63,941 nt of DNA, from assembly GCA_025603075.1 (NCBI GenBank), contig MU626378.1, positions 1 to 63,941 on the forward strand, in the 5' to 3' direction. Within the stretch, counting starts at the first letter, position 1; each line of letters opens with the position of its first letter. Shown piece by piece: positions 1 through 10,959 of the stretch. The notes below the pieces were generated by a model, which did not search any database, was not told where the DNA came from, and was given only the letters and a program-made list of their open reading frames with translations. The position numbers were made by a program, and so were the translations under genes. This DNA comes from Neoconidiobolus thromboides FSU 785. Lineage: Eukaryota > Fungi > Entomophthoromycota.

Positions 1-243
1 CATAATTAATAATAATACTTACCCAACTTTTGGAACTTGAATTTCAGTTTTAAAAGTATAAGCTTTGTTAATTGGGGTGACTTTAAAGTTACCATTGACA
101 TCACGGATAGCTTTTGAGTTACGATAAACATAGTTGGAAATTATGTGCTCGTCAGTATAGACAGTATTCTCAGAATCTACTTTAACCTTAAGGGGTTCAG
201 TAGTTTCTGGAACATTATTGTAAATTAAATTTGCTGGTGACAT
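1..243 (-). CDS. INO1: Myo-inositol-1-phosphate synthase, 5' exon plus start of intron 1 (partial, runs off the window)
   Basis: MSPANL...VKVDSENTVYTDEHIISNYVYRN...YTFKTEIQVPKVG matches the eukaryotic MIPS N-terminus. GG|GTAAGT donor at 22. Confidence 0.88.
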
Positions 244-378
244 TTTTAAAATATAAGTTGCTTCAAGGAAGAGTTGGAATTCTACTTATTTGTTTTAGGT
301 TTGGTACCGACTCTTTTATGGCCTCGAAACGGGTTATGTAAAGAAGATAGTAAGTTAGCGAACGTGTTGGCTTTAATA

Positions 379-411
379 AAACTTCAAAAAGGTAATACTT
401 TTTTGAAGTTT
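379..411. repeat. Perfect 12-bp inverted repeat with a 9-nt loop upstream of INO1
   Basis: AAACTTCAAAAA (379-390) and TTTTTGAAGTTT (400-411). Confidence 0.8.
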
Positions 412-606
412 GAGTGAAAGATGTTATAAAGAGGAGTTTTCCTCAAATTAGCCCTTTTTATCCTCTGAATCCTTCCCCCCACCTTTTTGTGCCAAGGCAG
501 TTATTCTTATTTGTATCATAATCCAATGTTCTTTTTCATTACGCGCTAATTTTTAATTGGTACAATTTCGTTACAAGCATACTTTATTTTTTCTTGCTTT
601 TGGGGT

Positions 607-615
607 AGCCAATCA
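607..615 (+). promoter_or_regulatory. Putative CCAAT box (AGCCAATCA) upstream of INO1
   Basis: Matches the NF-Y/Hap RRCCAATCA consensus. The same 9-mer occurs at 25146-25154 (reverse) and 62347-62355, both in promoter-like intervals. Confidence 0.3.
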
Positions 616-1023
616 TTTATTTGCTTAAATTGAAATTTTATTAATAAAATCAAGAGCTTGAAAAAGGTGATAATAGTTAGTTATTTTGTTATGTTTGTTT
701 AAGAGCGCTCCTATTTGTTTTAAGGGGAAAACGTTATTTTAACATTTTTTATTAACACTATTTCAATATTGATTGAAAACATGCTAAATATCCCTAGCCA
801 TAACATTTTTAAAATAAGATAAAAATTCTAGGAATTCCAAAAAAAAACTAAGCAATTTTTACAGTTTCTATAATTTAAGAATTTTAAATTTTGAATTTCA
901 ATGAACTTAAATTTACAATGGCTCAAAAATTTTAACTGGTCAAATAAAATGGAGAATATTGAAAGCAATGTGGGCTTAGGAAATACTGGCGCCACTTAGT
1001 TTGATCTTTCAACTTTAACATAT

Positions 1024-1121
1024 GGGAACGTATTTTGTATTTAAGAATTTTACTAACAATTTTTCCACTCAAATAATGCTTAAAAGATGGGAAAAGTAAT
1101 GAAGTCAAAAAAAATATCCTC
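1024..1121 (-). mobile_element. MITE copy (~100 bp, Sola-like)
   Basis: ATAT|GGGAACG...ATATCCTC|ATAT, with the family core in reverse orientation. Confidence 0.88.
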
Positions 1122-1645
1122 ATATATCGTTAAAAATCACTGCTAAAATAAAATAGTTTTCAAAGTTTGCAAAGAGTAGTTAGAAAGGAAATTAAAAAAA
1201 TTATTTGGAATAAGCTAATAAATAGAACCAAAAAATTTTAAATTTTATTCCTTAACTTTTAACTAGAAATGTTCTAGTTATAGGTCCATAAAATTTAGTT
1301 TGATTTATTTACTGTCATTAACTTATAAGCTGTTCATATTAAAAGACTACAGCTAATTCTCGCTAGACTTAGCCTACATTTGGAAATGTTTTCTGCTTTA
1401 ATATTTTACTACCAATTTTTCATAATTTTATGTACATTGAAAATGAAATAATAAAACAAAAAAAATATTTGCACATAGATCATACAGCTATCATCAGTAT
1501 TAAAGTGTTAGCTTAAAATTGGTATTTTTTTGTTAATATCTTGTAATGCACTCGAATAAAATAATCAATCATTGAATAATATGACTTCAAATGTTTTATT
1601 TTTGCAAAAATTTTAGTTTCTCCGTTTTTTTAAATTTTAGTAAAT

Positions 1646-1744
1646 GGGAGTGTTTTTTTTGACTTCATTATTTTTTCCATTTTTTAAGCACTATTTAAGC
1701 GGAAAATTTGTTAGTAAAATTCTTAAACACAAAAATATATCCTC
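1646..1744 (+). mobile_element. MITE copy
   Basis: AAAT|GGGAGTG...TATCCTC|AAAT; core GACTTCATTATTTTTTCCATTTTTTAAGCACTATTTAAGCGGAAAATTTGTTAGTAAAATTCTTAAAC. Confidence 0.88.
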
Positions 1745-1962
1745 AAATGATGATAAAATTATATAAAATTAATGATTTGACATTTCACTTGTTTATAAAA
1801 TCCATTTTTTTTATAGACTATATTTATATCCCTTTTTTACACTAGTGCTTTACTTCATTTGGTTTGTGTATATTAGTAGTTATTACAATGAATTATTCTT
1901 ATTTCAAAACCTTTGGCCTTTCAGGCATTTGCTATTTCATGTGTAAACCTTATAAGTAGTAA

Positions 1963-2455
1963 GGCTTTAAGTTTTTTGAAGGGGAGTTAGAAAATCAATG
2001 TATACTTTATATTGAAGATAGTAACTTTATCAATTCCAGTGACGATATTATATTAAATCACTCCAAAGAGACTAGTAAAGTATTATGTGATAGCAATACA
2101 CTCGATAGCTGTATAGCTTATATAACAAATGGACGAAGCTTTAATGATAATACTTATAAAATTCAGTCTTATGATAACTTTTATCCTAGTAAAGCAGCCG
2201 ACTTCCAATGTAATAATAAAGGGTTGATTGTGACTAAAAACACTTGTGTTATTGGTAGACTTCGTGATGACCTTTTAGAAAGTATAAATGGTGATTATTA
2301 TATGAGGATCTTTTTAACTTCATCACTTTTTCCATCTTTTAGGCACTATTTGAGTGGAAAAATTGCTAGTAAAATCTTTAAACACAAAAAAACATCTTCA
2401 TATTGAAAAAGGTGATTTTATAACTGACAATGAGTTTCATTTAACTACTAAATAA
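1963..2455 (+). pseudogene. Cys-containing ORF of unknown family interrupted by a MITE
   Basis: 113 stop-free codons at 1963-2301 (GFKFFEGELENQCILY...LESINGDYY). Removing the MITE and one TSD restores the frame: DYYIEKGDFITDNEFHLTTK*. Upstream in-frame TAG TAA, and no clear start. Confidence 0.5.
2304..2399 (+). mobile_element. MITE copy inserted in an ORF
   Basis: ATAT|GAGGATC...ACATCTTC|ATAT. Confidence 0.88.
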
Positions 2456-2997
2456 TACGGATGTAAACTTGGTTTTAAAGCTAAGATCTAGGAATATACT
2501 TGTTTATCTTTTCATTCCTTAGGCAACAGATAAATGGCATTTACTATCGTCGCTTTTGATTAGCATCATGTTGTTGAGACTATTATTTACTAAAATATTT
2601 CTGTATATTACATCTAAAATAGCAATTCTCTTGTACTTTAATTACCAATATAGTCCATTATCGCTAATGTAGTAAATTCACTTAATATTTAAGCGTTTAA
2701 AGTTGCACTTAACTAGCTTTGAAAAATGAACAAATAGACCAAGCAAGAAAAACATCCTTATATACTAATTCTCTTATTCTAGTTTACATATTTAAAATTA
2801 TAATTTCTTTATATTTATAATAACTGCATATAAATAGTAGTGAAAATGTCATCAAAAAAGCAATGACATTTAGTTAAGTTTAATAAAACTTAATTATTAT
2901 GTACATAAGGAGGTTTAATATACATTGATATGCTTTTTTTTGTAAAGTTGTAGTTTTAAAATATAGTTTTATCATTTACTATGAAAACACGTTATAT

Positions 2998-3097
2998 GGG
3001 AGTGTATTTTTTTTGTTTAGGAATTCTATTAACAATTTTCCTACCCAAATAGTGCTTAAAAGATGGAAAAAGTGATGAAGCCAAAAAAAGCATTCTC
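2998..3097 (-). mobile_element. MITE copy
   Basis: ATAT|GGGAGTG...CATTCTC|ATAT. Confidence 0.85.
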
Positions 3098-3388
3098 ATA
3101 TACATTTTGGAATCTTTAGTATTTTAAAGTTTCAATAGTCATATAAAATGAAATAAAGAAACATAGGAATAAAAAGGTTGAATTATTATGATATCTATTA
3201 TATGGTTTAAGATAGTAAATAATTTTTAAATTAATTCTTAACAAAAATTTACCAAAGATAAACAAAATAAAATAAAATTCAGCAGATCAATATAAAAAGT
3301 TATTTCGATCAGCCAGGCACATAAAAAAAGGCAATAAATTTTACTTCATTAAAAAAAACTATTTTCTATTTATTATAATAAAATTAAG

Positions 3389-4384
3389 ATGATTTACAAT
3401 TCACTTTTATCTATATTCCTACCCTTATTATTATTTGCAAAGCAATCCATATCCGTCTCCACACCCGTTCCCAACCCTCTAATAAGCTTGTCCAACAATG
3501 TAAAATTATTAGCACAATATACTGGGGCAACTTATTGTTCAGATGATACAAAACTATTAGCATGGGATTGTCCATTTCATTGTAAAGTATTGACTCCCGA
3601 TAGTGAAACGATAGCTATATTGTATAACAAAGAATTGGATGTGAAGGGTACATTAATAAAAAACACAAAATATGAATTTTTAGTCCTAGCATTCCGAGGC
3701 TCAAATTCTAAGGTCAATTGGGAATTAAATGGGAAAGACACTTTAGTACCTATTAACTTAGGAAAATTAAACAGTACCAGTTGTCCAAATATCAAAGTAC
3801 ATCAAGGCTTTCAAGAAGCTACTATTGGGTTGAGACAATACTATTGTGATAGCATAAGCAAACTATACGATCAAAACCCAAACTTGAAATCTTGGCCTTT
3901 ATTTGTTGTGGGTCATAGTTTAGGTGGTTCTATAGCCAACCTAGCCTCTGTAGATCTTATCTATAATTTAGGCTTAAAAAATATCAAGGTTTATACATTT
4001 GGACAACCAAGAGTTGGCAATAAAGATTTTGTACAGTTGACTTCATCCGTAATAAAGACATATATTCGTGCTATTAATGGCAATGACCCTGTCCCCATTT
4101 TAGCATCTAGCCTTAAAGGGTATTTACATGGTCCAACTGAAGTCCATTATTTAGCTAATGTTGAAACCAATGATTCTAAAGCAGTAATGTGTAGTTCAGA
4201 AAATGGAGAAGATACTATTGGGATCAATTCGATTACTCACTTTGATAGTAAAGATCATTTCTTCATGCTTGGGATTCCATTTGATAACCTTTGTGATGAT
4301 ACTGCACCAGTTCTCAAAATGCCATTGAATGGTATTACTGAGCAGGTGAATTCACTGTATTATAATATGACTTTACAGAAGTAA
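3389..4384 (+). CDS. Secreted class-3 triacylglycerol lipase (Rhizomucor-type), intronless
   Basis: Signal peptide; motifs LAFRGS, VHQGF, VVGHSLGGS (nucleophile), YTFGQPRVGN, NGNDPVP (Asp) and a C-terminal DH (His). Confidence 0.93.
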   Translation: MIYNSLLSIFLPLLLFAKQSISVSTPVPNPLISLSNNVKLLAQYTGATYCSDDTKLLAWDCPFHCKVLTPDSETIAILYNKELDVKGTLIKNTKYEFLVLAFRGSNSKVNWELNGKDTLVPINLGKLNSTSCPNIKVHQGFQEATIGLRQYYCDSISKLYDQNPNLKSWPLFVVGHSLGGSIANLASVDLIYNLGLKNIKVYTFGQPRVGNKDFVQLTSSVIKTYIRAINGNDPVPILASSLKGYLHGPTEVHYLANVETNDSKAVMCSSENGEDTIGINSITHFDSKDHFFMLGIPFDNLCDDTAPVLKMPLNGITEQVNSLYYNMTLQK

Positions 4385-4504
4385 CAGTAGCAATAAAATA
4401 CTAAGAGTATATAAGCACTTTAGAGCAAATAAGTTGACTTAGTCTGTTGTTTAAGTATTTTAAATAGGAGTTATGAAAAATAAAAATAAAAATAAAAATG
4501 AAAA

Positions 4505-4564
4505 TATAAGTATAAGTATAAATATAAATATAAATATAAATATAAATATAAATATAAATATAAA
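4505..4564. repeat. (TATAAA)8 microsatellite preceded by two TATAAG units
   Basis: Read directly from the sequence. Confidence 0.9.
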
Positions 4565-5529
4565 AATCTTATATTAAACTAAACTTATTTTGATTTATAT
4601 TACGTTATTTGTTTTCTATTTTTATACCATAAATTAAATAATGTTTAATTTAGGTTTTAAATAACTCTACTTCTATTTTTACTTTTTTATCACACTATTT
4701 TTTAAGTTAAGCTGTATTGAAAGTCAAATAAGATGACAAAGGATATTAAGGATGTTCCGAAAAACAACATAAAAAAAGAACATTTCAAGACTGAAATAGT
4801 CAAGCCACTGACTAAGCAAAAGTAGTATTGGAAAATATATTTTTGATTTATTTTAACGAAAATTTAGGTGTATGACCTGCCCTGATAACAGTAAGCGTGT
4901 ATTATTCACAGAATGATAATGTTTAATACAAATATTGGTAACCAGAGTAGTAGATATATTTATGAGAGGATAAATAAGATATTTAAAATTTATTAGCTTA
5001 ATTCTTAAATCAAGGAATAAACTTGAGTTTTTCTTATCAATATAATAATGAAAACTACTATCCTAATTAACTTAAATTCATCTTAATGTTACTAATTATT
5101 ACATCCCTAACTTAAATTATTTATTTTTACTTATTAGCTAATAATAAAAACTGAGTTAAAAAGCGAAATAAAATTTAAATAAAACAGTGATTACATTATT
5201 AATCTAGTATTTTATTTTAACATTTGGTTTTTTAATATCATAAGATAGAAAGATAGTTGAATGATAAATTAAGGCTAATAAATTATAAACTTTGATAATC
5301 TTGACGAAATTCTAAATTTAAACTATTGGTAATTAATCTTCAAACAAATTGAGAATAAATCCGAAATTTAAAAAGGAGTTAATTTCTATTAGAATTAAAA
5401 GCTGAAACTTGTTCAATAATTATTCCGCTCTTAAATAGCAGTATTAATTTTATAAAATTGAATAACATATATTAAAATAACAATAAATTTTAAAAGAAAG
5501 AGAATAAGACTCAAGAAGCGAAGTTGTAA

Positions 5530-6381
5530 TTACACTATTTTTTCTACAGTAGTTAATGCAATATACTCTGGTTCTCTCTTAATTAAATAACTTTCATGAT
5601 CTATAAACAAAAGCACTTTCCCATACCAGGTATCTACTAAATAATTTGTAGTCACTGCAAAGTGATAGAAATGCCATACAAAATTGACTAAAAGGAAAGA
5701 TACTACCACATCAATGGTATAGTGATATGAAGAAGCAATTAATCCAATAACGGAAAGAAAGCTGTTTAAAACAAGAAGTGAATTAATTAAATAAGAAAAA
5801 CGCTTAAACAATGGATAATGAATCCAAATAAGAGAGCTAATTGTAAACGCAATAGTATGACCAGAGTACATTAAATCAGCGCACGATTCCATCTTTTGCA
5901 ACATTAAAAGTTTAGCATAGAAAAACACACTTTTATGATCTTTTGGCACACACTCAGTGATGGGTGGTGGCATGAGAGTAGTTAACATGAAAGGAATTCT
6001 TAAAAGATAAAGAAATCCGACAATATAAAATACTCTTCTTAATAGTAATAAAGTTTTTCTACCATTCAAAAACACCCTTAAAAATATTAAAAAAAAGCAT
6101 ATCCCTACCATAATATCCGATACGTTCCTTGGTAATCGTGTTTTTTTAAACGCTGTACTCAAATTTAATAATATTGGATCATAAATAACAAACCTTGTGC
6201 CTGGTGGTGAATTTGCATACGGATTCATTGTATCCGCCATTGCAATCCCTAAATATACTGGGTATACAATTAAAAGCATCCATAAAACCCCAATTAAAGT
6301 AATATAAATCTCTTTTATGTGTAGGTAAGGTCTATAACCCCTTAAATTGACCCAAAAGGAGGATGACGTTGTATCTGACAT
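5530..6381 (-). CDS. Sphingomyelin synthase / IPC-EPC synthase family protein (PAP2_C), intronless
   Basis: About 6 TM segments; D3 motif CADLMYSGHT; D4 motif HYTIDVVVSFLLVNFVWHFYH with the catalytic H/H/D retained. Confidence 0.88.
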   Translation of the reverse strand: MSDTTSSSFWVNLRGYRPYLHIKEIYITLIGVLWMLLIVYPVYLGIAMADTMNPYANSPPGTRFVIYDPILLNLSTAFKKTRLPRNVSDIMVGICFFLIFLRVFLNGRKTLLLLRRVFYIVGFLYLLRIPFMLTTLMPPPITECVPKDHKSVFFYAKLLMLQKMESCADLMYSGHTIAFTISSLIWIHYPLFKRFSYLINSLLVLNSFLSVIGLIASSYHYTIDVVVSFLLVNFVWHFYHFAVTTNYLVDTWYGKVLLFIDHESYLIKREPEYIALTTVEKIV

Positions 6382-8477
6382 TATTAGGAATCGATTTCAC
6401 AACAAAAAAGCAAGCAAAAAAATAAAATTCAAGATCAAGGAAGAAAAACGAGGCCTTTTATATTTTAATTTTTTTGATCAACTTAATGCTTATTTGAGGA
6501 AATCAGGACTGGACCCAAATTTAGTGGGACTTGAGATTAAAGAACAAGTTATCAAGCATGGTCTTATTTGGGTAATGTAATTTATTGGCGATAAAATTCT
6601 TGTTATAACCTTATTTATCTGTTTATTTACTTTTATTAATGATAAAAAAACATTTATATCACTTTATAGTATACAAAATTAAATTATTTATGATATTTAA
6701 ATTTATTAGTTTAATTGATTAATTTTTTTTGGCTTTTATTCAATTTGTCCTTTTTATGCCCATTGCTATTACTTCTTTATAGAATATTGCTAATTCAATT
6801 TAGATGTGGATTGGGCATTTTAATTTTGTATTCCTTAAATTTATTAGGATAGTTTTTTGAAACTTATATTGAACAAGTACACAATTGAAAATGTTAATCC
6901 ACATTTAAACCAAATCAGTACTAGTATATAAAATAGTTTTTTGCATAAATAGGCCCAAGGTTAGTTTATTCTTTTATGTTTCTTGAGTGAGGTTTTTATC
7001 AAAACCCCTATTAGAAAACTTAGTAAATTATCAGTCTTTTTTGGTCTTCAAAATTATAGTGTATTTTTAAACATGATAGTTGGTAGTAGCAGTGTTAACT
7101 AAATTCAAGACATTTGATTTACTTTAAGCAATATAATAAAAGGAATGCAAATAGCATAAACCTCGAAAATTATATAATGTTTGTATCTAAAATAAAGAAT
7201 CAAAGAATATTAGCAATAGAATAGTACAAGACAGAAAAACCACAGTATGCGTTGAATTAATATGAAATAATCAAAATTGAGTTATAGTTCTACACTAAAG
7301 TATATATGTTATTCATTTCTAAAATATCTTATCCTTAGAATTAATGTTATATTATAAATAAAACTTCTTAGTAATAAACTATTTAATCTTAGACTCTAAT
7401 AGAGGATTCAGATTCAACATCTAATAAAATGTGAAATACCAATAATGAATTTCACGGTAGTAATAAATTTTATATGGTTTTGAGTCTTATTAAATTCAAT
7501 AATAACAAATGGATCTTAAAAAACAACTATAAAAGAGTGGAAAAATAAGATTTAATTATTAAGTTTTATTTTAATTAAAGAAAGTTACTATTTAATTAAG
7601 GTTAAAATAAAGAATAGCAACAATGATATCATGTCCAATAGTTCAATTTATTAAGGATTGGGTTCAACTTTATCGGGTAAAAAGCAGGAGAAAGTTTAAG
7701 TATTTAGTCCTTGGCGAATTTTGTATTTGACAAATTTTGCACTTGGCAAGCTTTTTTTAAACCTGGAAAAATAAGCATTTAGCTTGAAAGAGTAAGTTAT
7801 TTTAAAGTATGATAATATTCAATAATAATATTGGTATTAAGAAAGTATTAAAGATAACAAATCAAGTAAGAATTTAAAGAGAAAAATATTACATAGGATT
7901 ATGTAACAGCTTTATTAGTATTTTTACTACTTTGACTTTTTTAATGATAAACTTATAAAAGATCTTGTCTTTTTATTGAAAAACTTACTGGTAAGCTTTT
8001 AAGATTTAAGTTACTTAAAAAATGAACAGCAAATCAAAAGACAAATCTTTTTCGCATATTATAAATAGTATAATATGAACAAAACAGCACTAAACTTTTT
8101 TATATCATTTTATCTTTAAACTATAGTTACTTATGTTTTGAGCTTTATTTTTATAATCAACTATAAAATAAACAACTTATTTTGGATATAAAACATCTCT
8201 ATATTAAGAAATAAGTTATCAATTTTAAGTAAAATTACTCTTAATTTGTAAAACATTTACTAATAAATATGTTCAATATGTTGCTAGTTTGAATATTAAT
8301 ATTCATATTGAATATTGATATTAAAGTTGAGTTTCTAATGAATTCTAAAAAAATCCGAATTATTTTTTCAACTGATACAGAAAAGCACAAAACTGGCTAA
8401 TTTTTATATGATGTATGAACATTAATTTTATTAAAAGAGAAAGAAAAGAGAAATCTAAAATACAACACTACTGTAAG

Positions 8478-9419
8478 TTAAAATGATGCGCTTATAACTG
8501 GTCTTCTCCATCTTAGAGTAAAGGCATAAATATTTAACATAGAGCATAGGGCAATAAGAGCTAAGCACCAGAAAAAGCCACTAATATCTGAAAGGCATCC
8601 TAGAAATGGGACACCAGGTTGAGAGCCTCTTAGAGCTGGAAGAGCAAAAAGCATGGAGGTACCTATTGCTAAAATTGGTGGAGGCACTTCTCTGCGATGA
8701 AAAATAATATCAAAAGTAACAATTGACAAAGATATTGTTAGACCCCACATAACTAGTATTAAAAATATTGAGAATAGTTTTGTTGAGACAGGCTGTTGTA
8801 ATAAAATAACTATCCCTAATGCATTATCACTTGAGTACAATCCTGTAAAATCAGATTTTAAATGCTCAAGCTCTCCAGTGAGTTCTTTGATTGGAGAAAT
8901 ATCGACGGTAGGGTTATATGATTGTATATCTTTTCCATAGGTAATCGTAACTGGTACTAGCTCATCTTTAACCGTACATAAAATGGTGAATATTGCTTTA
9001 AATTCCTCAAAAGGGTAGTCCTTAGAATTTCCACTTAATATTGGAACTTCTAATTTAACAGGTTTGGCAATTTTTCCATCACTGAAAGTTGACTTTTCAT
9101 AACATAAATCACAAGTGATAGTGCTTTTGGGAACTGATAGATTATCACCATATGTGCCAAAAATCAAAGGAATTGCTAGCAAATTAATCTTACCAGCAGA
9201 TGAATCGACGGATTGAAAGCTCACTTTAAATATAATACCATTGAATTCATCAAAATCGGTCCTTCCATCGAGGCTATAAGTTATAGATTCTTCGGCTTTG
9301 TTTATCCTTGTGAGGGCAATAGGGAGTACAATTACACACCATAAAACAATACCCAAGATAGATAATATAATTCTTCTTATCCTAGTATTTCCAATCAACC
9401 CATTAAGTTGCTTCTTCAT
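8478..9419 (-). CDS. DUF4436-like membrane protein, paralog A (intronless)
   Basis: N-terminal TM, beta-rich domain with YPFE, then three TM helices with MLFALPALRGSQPGVPFLGCLSDISGFFW. Confidence 0.75.
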   Translation of the reverse strand: MKKQLNGLIGNTRIRRIILSILGIVLWCVIVLPIALTRINKAEESITYSLDGRTDFDEFNGIIFKVSFQSVDSSAGKINLLAIPLIFGTYGDNLSVPKSTITCDLCYEKSTFSDGKIAKPVKLEVPILSGNSKDYPFEEFKAIFTILCTVKDELVPVTITYGKDIQSYNPTVDISPIKELTGELEHLKSDFTGLYSSDNALGIVILLQQPVSTKLFSIFLILVMWGLTISLSIVTFDIIFHRREVPPPILAIGTSMLFALPALRGSQPGVPFLGCLSDISGFFWCLALIALCSMLNIYAFTLRWRRPVISASF

Positions 9420-9978
9420 CGTTTTGACTTTGTTTTTATTATTAAAGATGAAAGTTGTTAAAAAGATTACTTTAAATTAAGAACTATAAGGCGAATTTAT
9501 TCATAAATTTAATAAGAACAAAGAATTTGTTTATTTCCTTTTTAGATTTAATAATTAATTAACTAATAAATAAGAATTTATACATTCACTAAAATATAGA
9601 AATTTTTTGAATATTTCAAATATTTCAAATAGAATTTTATTATTTGATAGATTAAAAGCCATTATATATTTTCCATCTTAAATATTGTTTAATATATTAC
9701 ATTAACTTAGAATTATATATCAATTAAATAGGTAATATATTGTCTAAAGTAGTGCAAATGTTATTAAGATATGAAAGATAATAAATTTTATAAATAGATA
9801 AAGCAATTGAAAATAACTAGTCTAATTGTTTGTATTAAATCTAATCATAAATATTTAACTTTATGTACTTTTTGTAAAATTAAAATATTTATTAAAGTTC
9901 TAAATAAACGGATTACAGAATTGATTTATGTATATATCGTATTAATTAAGCTCAAAATTAATATTTCTCAATTAAATT

Positions 9979-10959
9979 TTATCTGAAAGCATATACATAA
10001 ATATTAATAACGGTAAAAAGAGCTGAAAGTGAAATGCACCTAAAATTAAGTTAGAATATGAATTTAAAAAAATTAAAAAAATTAAAAAAACATTACCACA
10101 GAAAAGCTACAATATCTGATAAACAACCCATTCCAGGGACACTAGGTTGAGTTGCTCTTAAAGCAGGTAACGCGAATAAAATAGTAGCGCCAAATGCTAT
10201 ACAGCTAATAGGATCTCTTTTATCTACCAATAGATTCAAGGTAATATTAAACAATCCTAGTGTTATACCCCACATAGATAAAGATATGATAAATGAATAT
10301 AATTTAGTACGGTCAGGTTGAACAAACTCAAAAAATATTACAGTTGCATCTTCATGGGGTACAGAATACAATATAGACAACTTCTCATTTTCATCCAAAT
10401 CTTTATAAAATTTTTGATAGGTAGTTCTTTCATAAGTTTGTAACACTTTCTCAGAACTCAACATAAGGTCATACGTCTCTCCTTCTTTAGTGCTGCAGTA
10501 AACAGGCAAGTATGCCTTTAATTTCTCTAATGGATACATTTTCGTAGAAGATTCATCCAAGGGGATTGATAACGAGAAAGCAGTTGAAGTTTTACCTTTT
10601 TCCATGACTAAAGTTTTATAAAAGAAATCACACGTCACAGTTTCAGTTAAACGGTACCTATTATCCAACAATCCAGGTGATGGCAATACGTTTATGTATA
10701 TAGCTCCAGTCTTTTTTGATGTATCTATTGATTGAAAATAAAAATTCATAATTAATACTTTGGCTGCTGGATCACTAAAGTCATATTCATTTATCATTTC
10801 TGTTTTATCTTCGTTTATTGAGTATAGCATATTAAGAGCTACAGGTAAAGTAACAGCACACCATATAATAGCAACGAATAAGGAAAGAACCACTCTTCTT
10901 ACCTTTGTCCTTTCCATTAGATTATTCCAAACATCTTTTAATATATATAACAGTGACAT
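9979..10959 (-). CDS. DUF4436-like membrane protein, paralog B (one intron, 10040-10096)
   Basis: Same architecture with YPLE and ILFALPALRATQPSVPGMGCLSDIVAFLW. Splicing TG|GTAATG...TTAG|G adds CISLSALFTVINIYVYAFR*, which aligns with the end of paralog A. Confidence 0.75.

Noticed and set aside
932-1123. Short ORFs with similar peptides (also 2224-2406, 29384-29566, 60600-60782) that look like a small protein family
   Set aside because: All are translations of the MITE, which happens to be open in one frame. There is no independent coding evidence.
1937-1946. CATGTGTAAA resembling the yeast UAS-INO element
   Set aside because: It has mismatches, is 1.7 kb from INO1, lies inside a decayed ORF, and the Ino2/Ino4 circuit is not known to be conserved this far.
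2741-2762. CAAGAAAAACATCCTTATAT, matching a MITE terminus
   Set aside because: Only one end is recognisable; not counted as a full copy.
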